A program made the translations under genes and the position numbers. A stretch of 53,027 nucleotides of DNA, taken from the NCBI GenBank assembly GCA_050261575.1, contig JBLNDL010000020.1, positions 1-53,027 on the forward strand. Reading direction: 5' to 3'. Positions within the stretch are counted from its first letter, which is position 1; the number at the start of each line of letters is the position of its first letter. Under the pieces are notes generated by a model. The model saw only the letters and a program-made list of their open reading frames with translations. It was not told the DNA's origin and searched no databases. Of the stretch, positions 50,171 through 53,027 are shown piece by piece. Source of the DNA: Sphingomonadaceae bacterium (lineage in GTDB: Bacteria; Chloroflexota; UBA6077).

Positions 50171-51040
50171 TCAGTACTTGCCCAGCAGCCCCTGGGGGCG
50201 CAGCAGGACGACCAGCAGGTAGATGGCCAGGACGACCGCGAACTTCAGGGATGGGGCCAGCAGGAGCCCCGCCATCACCTGGACGATGCCCACCAGGATG
50301 CCCGCGATGAAGGCGCCCGGGATGCTCCCGAACCCCCCCAGCGCCACCACCACGAACGCGGTGAGGCCGAAGACTGAGCCGACCTCCGGGTGGATGTAGT
50401 AGAAGGTGGAGAGCAGCGCCCCTGCCACCCCCACGCATCCGGCTCCGATGGCCCACGTGAGCGTGAACATCCGGTCGGCGTCTATGCCCATCAGGGCAGC
50501 CGCGTCGCGGTCCTCCGCCGTGGCCATCAGCGCCCTTCCGACCTCGGTCTTCTCGACGAACCAGTAGATGAAGGCGAAGGTCGCCACAGCGCCGATGGCG
50601 GCGACCAGTTGGGGCATCCCGACGAAGATGCCGGCGAGGTCCAGGCGCACGTCGCTCACGGAGGAGTGCTGGATCACTCGGAAGTTGGGGGTCCAGAGGA
50701 ACTGGGCCAGGCTGCGCAGGAACACCATCAGCCCGAAGGTGGCGAAGATCTGAGCCAGCATGGGCGCGTGCAGGATCGGCCTGATGATCACCTTGTGGGT
50801 GGCGATGCCCAGCAGCACCAGGGCGAGGGTGGAGATGGGCAGCGACACCAGCGGATCCAGCGCGTACATGCTCCACATCCAGAAGGAGGTGTACATCGCC
50901 AGCATGAGGAACTCGCCGTGGGCGAAGTTGACTATCTCTACCATTCCGAAGATCAGGGTCAATCCCACGGCCACCAGGGCGAAGACGAAGCCTATCAGGA
51001 GGCCATTGACGAGTGTCTGTACCAGCAGCTCGGGTGTCAT
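50171..51040 (-). CDS. livH: LivH-like ABC permease
   Basis: GLTLIFG, VNFAHGE, VVALGGFGS, RPQGLLG. Confidence 0.92.
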   Translation of the reverse strand: MTPELLVQTLVNGLLIGFVFALVAVGLTLIFGMVEIVNFAHGEFLMLAMYTSFWMWSMYALDPLVSLPISTLALVLLGIATHKVIIRPILHAPMLAQIFATFGLMVFLRSLAQFLWTPNFRVIQHSSVSDVRLDLAGIFVGMPQLVAAIGAVATFAFIYWFVEKTEVGRALMATAEDRDAAALMGIDADRMFTLTWAIGAGCVGVAGALLSTFYYIHPEVGSVFGLTAFVVVALGGFGSIPGAFIAGILVGIVQVMAGLLLAPSLKFAVVLAIYLLVVLLRPQGLLGKY

Positions 51041-51285
51041 ATGCGATTGATCACCCCCACGAGATATGGGCAGGCTAGAGGTCCCAGCTCCCAGGGCAGG
51101 GGCTTCCAGTCCTAGCGCACCTGCCCTGGGACCCGGCCCTCACCCGCCCTTCGAGCGGCCTCTCCCTCTGGGAGAGGCTGCTCCGAGGCCCCCCCTCCCA
51201 AAGGAAGAGCGTGACGCGGCGCCAGCTCGCGCCACGAGGCCAGGGTTCGGGGGCGGGACCAAGAGGCCCGCCCTATCGGGCACTC

Positions 51286-52671
51286 TTACTTGATGTCTGC
51301 CCACTTGGGTCGCGGCCACACGATCTCTTTCGAGGAGACGTCGAACGGCCACACGGTGGAGTAGGACCCACCGAACACCTGCATGTTGATGCCTTGGGCG
51401 TGCACGTTCTGGCCCTTCTCGTCGAACTTGATACCCTTCCAGCCCATGATCAACTGCTCGCCCGGGATTTCGGTCTCCATGAGCGCCTTCTGGATCGCCT
51501 TGGGGTCGGTGCTCTTGGCCCGGTTGATCGCGTCCAGCAACGCGATCATGCCGGTGAAGTCTCGGGCGGAGTTCTCCGTCATGTCCTGGTTGTACTTCTG
51601 CCTGAACATGTCGGCCACCGCCTTGGCCACCGGCTTCTTCTCGGCGATGTCCGGAGCCCAGGCCGCGCGCGTGATCACGTACTCCGAGTCCTTACCCAGC
51701 ACCTTGCGGAACTCTGGGTCCACGAAACCCGCGCCGTAGGCCAGGATGCCCTGGGGGTTGAAGTCCAGTTGCTTGTAGCTCTTCATGAAGAGGATGGCAT
51801 CGGAGGTGTAGGACACCTGGAACACCACGTCGGGGTTGGCGGCCTTCAGCCTCTGGACCTCGCTGGTCACCTCGGTGGTGTTGGCGGGATAGGCTATGTC
51901 GGCCACCACCTGGTAGCCCCTCTCCTGCGCGAACATCTTCGTGGTCTTGTTCGCGTCGGTGCCGTAGAGGGTGTTCTCGTTGACGATCGCCACGCTCTTC
52001 AGCTTGGTGTTCTTCTGCTTCTGGATGTCGTCCAGCATGTCGAAGAGGTTCTTGCCGTAGGTCTGGTCGTGGGGGCCTGTGCGGAAGAAGAACTTCAGCC
52101 CCCGCTCGGTGAGGCCAGGGGAGGAGGACTCGCCGTTGACGAACGGGATGCCCATTCGCTCGGCGGTCTGGCTGGCGGTCTGGGTGACTGAGCTCTGGTA
52201 TGCCCCGAAGAGGGCGACCACCTTCTCCTGGGTGACCAGCCTCTCCGCCTCGCTCTGTCCCTTCTCGGGGGTCCCCTGGTGGTCGACGATCACGAGCTTG
52301 ACCTTGGCGCCGCCCAGGTTCGGCAGCCCCTCGGCGCTGGCCAGCGGAATGTTGAGGTCGTACTTGCCGTTCACGACCTCCGCGGCCAGTTCCACCGCGT
52401 ACTTGAGGTCGAGCCCGGTGCTGGCCGAGCCGCCGGACAGGGGGAGCAGCACGCCGATCTTGATCTCCTGCGGTGCCGCCGCGGCGGGAGCGGTGGTGGC
52501 CGCGGGCTGGGCAGCCTGCGCCGTGGCTGCGGGCGCGGCGGCCGCCGGTTTGGCGGCGGTGGTGGGTGCCGACGCCGGTGCCGTCTGGGCGCATCCGATG
52601 GCCAGCGACCCTGCCAGCACCAGCAGGGCAACGATGGGTGGGAATCGGTTCGCGAGCAGCTTGCCTGTCAT
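51286..52671 (-). CDS. LivJ/LivK-like ABC substrate-binding lipoprotein
   Basis: Lipobox AIGC, Ala-rich linker, KIGVLLPLSG, GAYQSSVT, FFRTGP; ATG 52671 after AGGAGG. Confidence 0.9.
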   Translation of the reverse strand: MTGKLLANRFPPIVALLVLAGSLAIGCAQTAPASAPTTAAKPAAAAPAATAQAAQPAATTAPAAAAPQEIKIGVLLPLSGGSASTGLDLKYAVELAAEVVNGKYDLNIPLASAEGLPNLGGAKVKLVIVDHQGTPEKGQSEAERLVTQEKVVALFGAYQSSVTQTASQTAERMGIPFVNGESSSPGLTERGLKFFFRTGPHDQTYGKNLFDMLDDIQKQKNTKLKSVAIVNENTLYGTDANKTTKMFAQERGYQVVADIAYPANTTEVTSEVQRLKAANPDVVFQVSYTSDAILFMKSYKQLDFNPQGILAYGAGFVDPEFRKVLGKDSEYVITRAAWAPDIAEKKPVAKAVADMFRQKYNQDMTENSARDFTGMIALLDAINRAKSTDPKAIQKALMETEIPGEQLIMGWKGIKFDEKGQNVHAQGINMQVFGGSYSTVWPFDVSSKEIVWPRPKWADIK

Positions 52672-53027
52672 CCCTAGTCCTCCTGTTGTGTGGTGAGAAA
52701 CATACCCCAAGTCCCGATGCGTCGTATCGCGATTCCGTGGCATCGGGGCATCTCGCCTGGCCAGCGGACCGCCATGCCCCCCTGCCGGCGGGCCGTCGGT
52801 GCGACGGAGCGCGGTCGGCCACGGGGCGTGGCCCGCTGCACCCCCTCTCGGGGGTGGATGGCTGTGGAGTTCCAGGGGAATCCATGCGGACCGGCTGGTG
52901 TTGAGACCGGTCGACCGCAGGCGGTTGGGGTGGGTCAGTGTAGCGCGAAGCTGAGGGTTGGCATCTGGAGCCATGCCACACTCACGGACAGACCCTATCG
53001 AACTGTCTGCGAAACGGTAGGGGCTGC

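Noticed and set aside
50034..50876. 625-aa extended livM
   Set aside because: The extension is an alternate frame of livH.

Overview
GC-rich core-genome region, probably from a Chloroflexota bacterium. The placement is inferred from a YFEETG/FGYPIS-repeat amidase, a bacterial translin, an RNase P RNA without P13/P14 and a GSI-alpha glnA. Contents in order: partial rhodanese; PyrR-attenuated pyr operon (pyrR-pyrB-pyrC-carA-carB-pyrK-pyrD); TIM-barrel isomerase; P19-like lipoprotein; chemoreceptor; OmpR regulator/kinase/HtrA/MFS cluster; split UxaA-family lyase facing a large FAD/Fe-S oxidoreductase; PucR regulator; glnA; glgA; cooC; protein-disulfide oxidoreductase (PDO); LysM amidase; orphan DNA methyltransferase; M20 peptidase; translin + CCA-adding enzyme; cupin; rarA; Fe-ADH; ybaK; IMPase; rnpB; liv-type ABC transporter. 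No CRISPR array, tRNA, rRNA, transposase or prophage was seen. Highlights the ORF track does not show: (1) a UGA-recoded selenoprotein PDO (UxxC) behind a CsoR-type operator; (2) an unusual RNase P RNA; (3) a 43-aa Cys-rich membrane microprotein; (4) a translin-cca gene pair, possibly a tRNA 3'-end repair module; (5) a chemoreceptor with a Cache-like domain inside its HAMP; (6) heptamer-repeat elements in the pyr operon, one in frame inside carB; (7) 11-bp-phased operator arrays before htrA and its two-component system. All family calls come from motif recognition by eye, not database searches.
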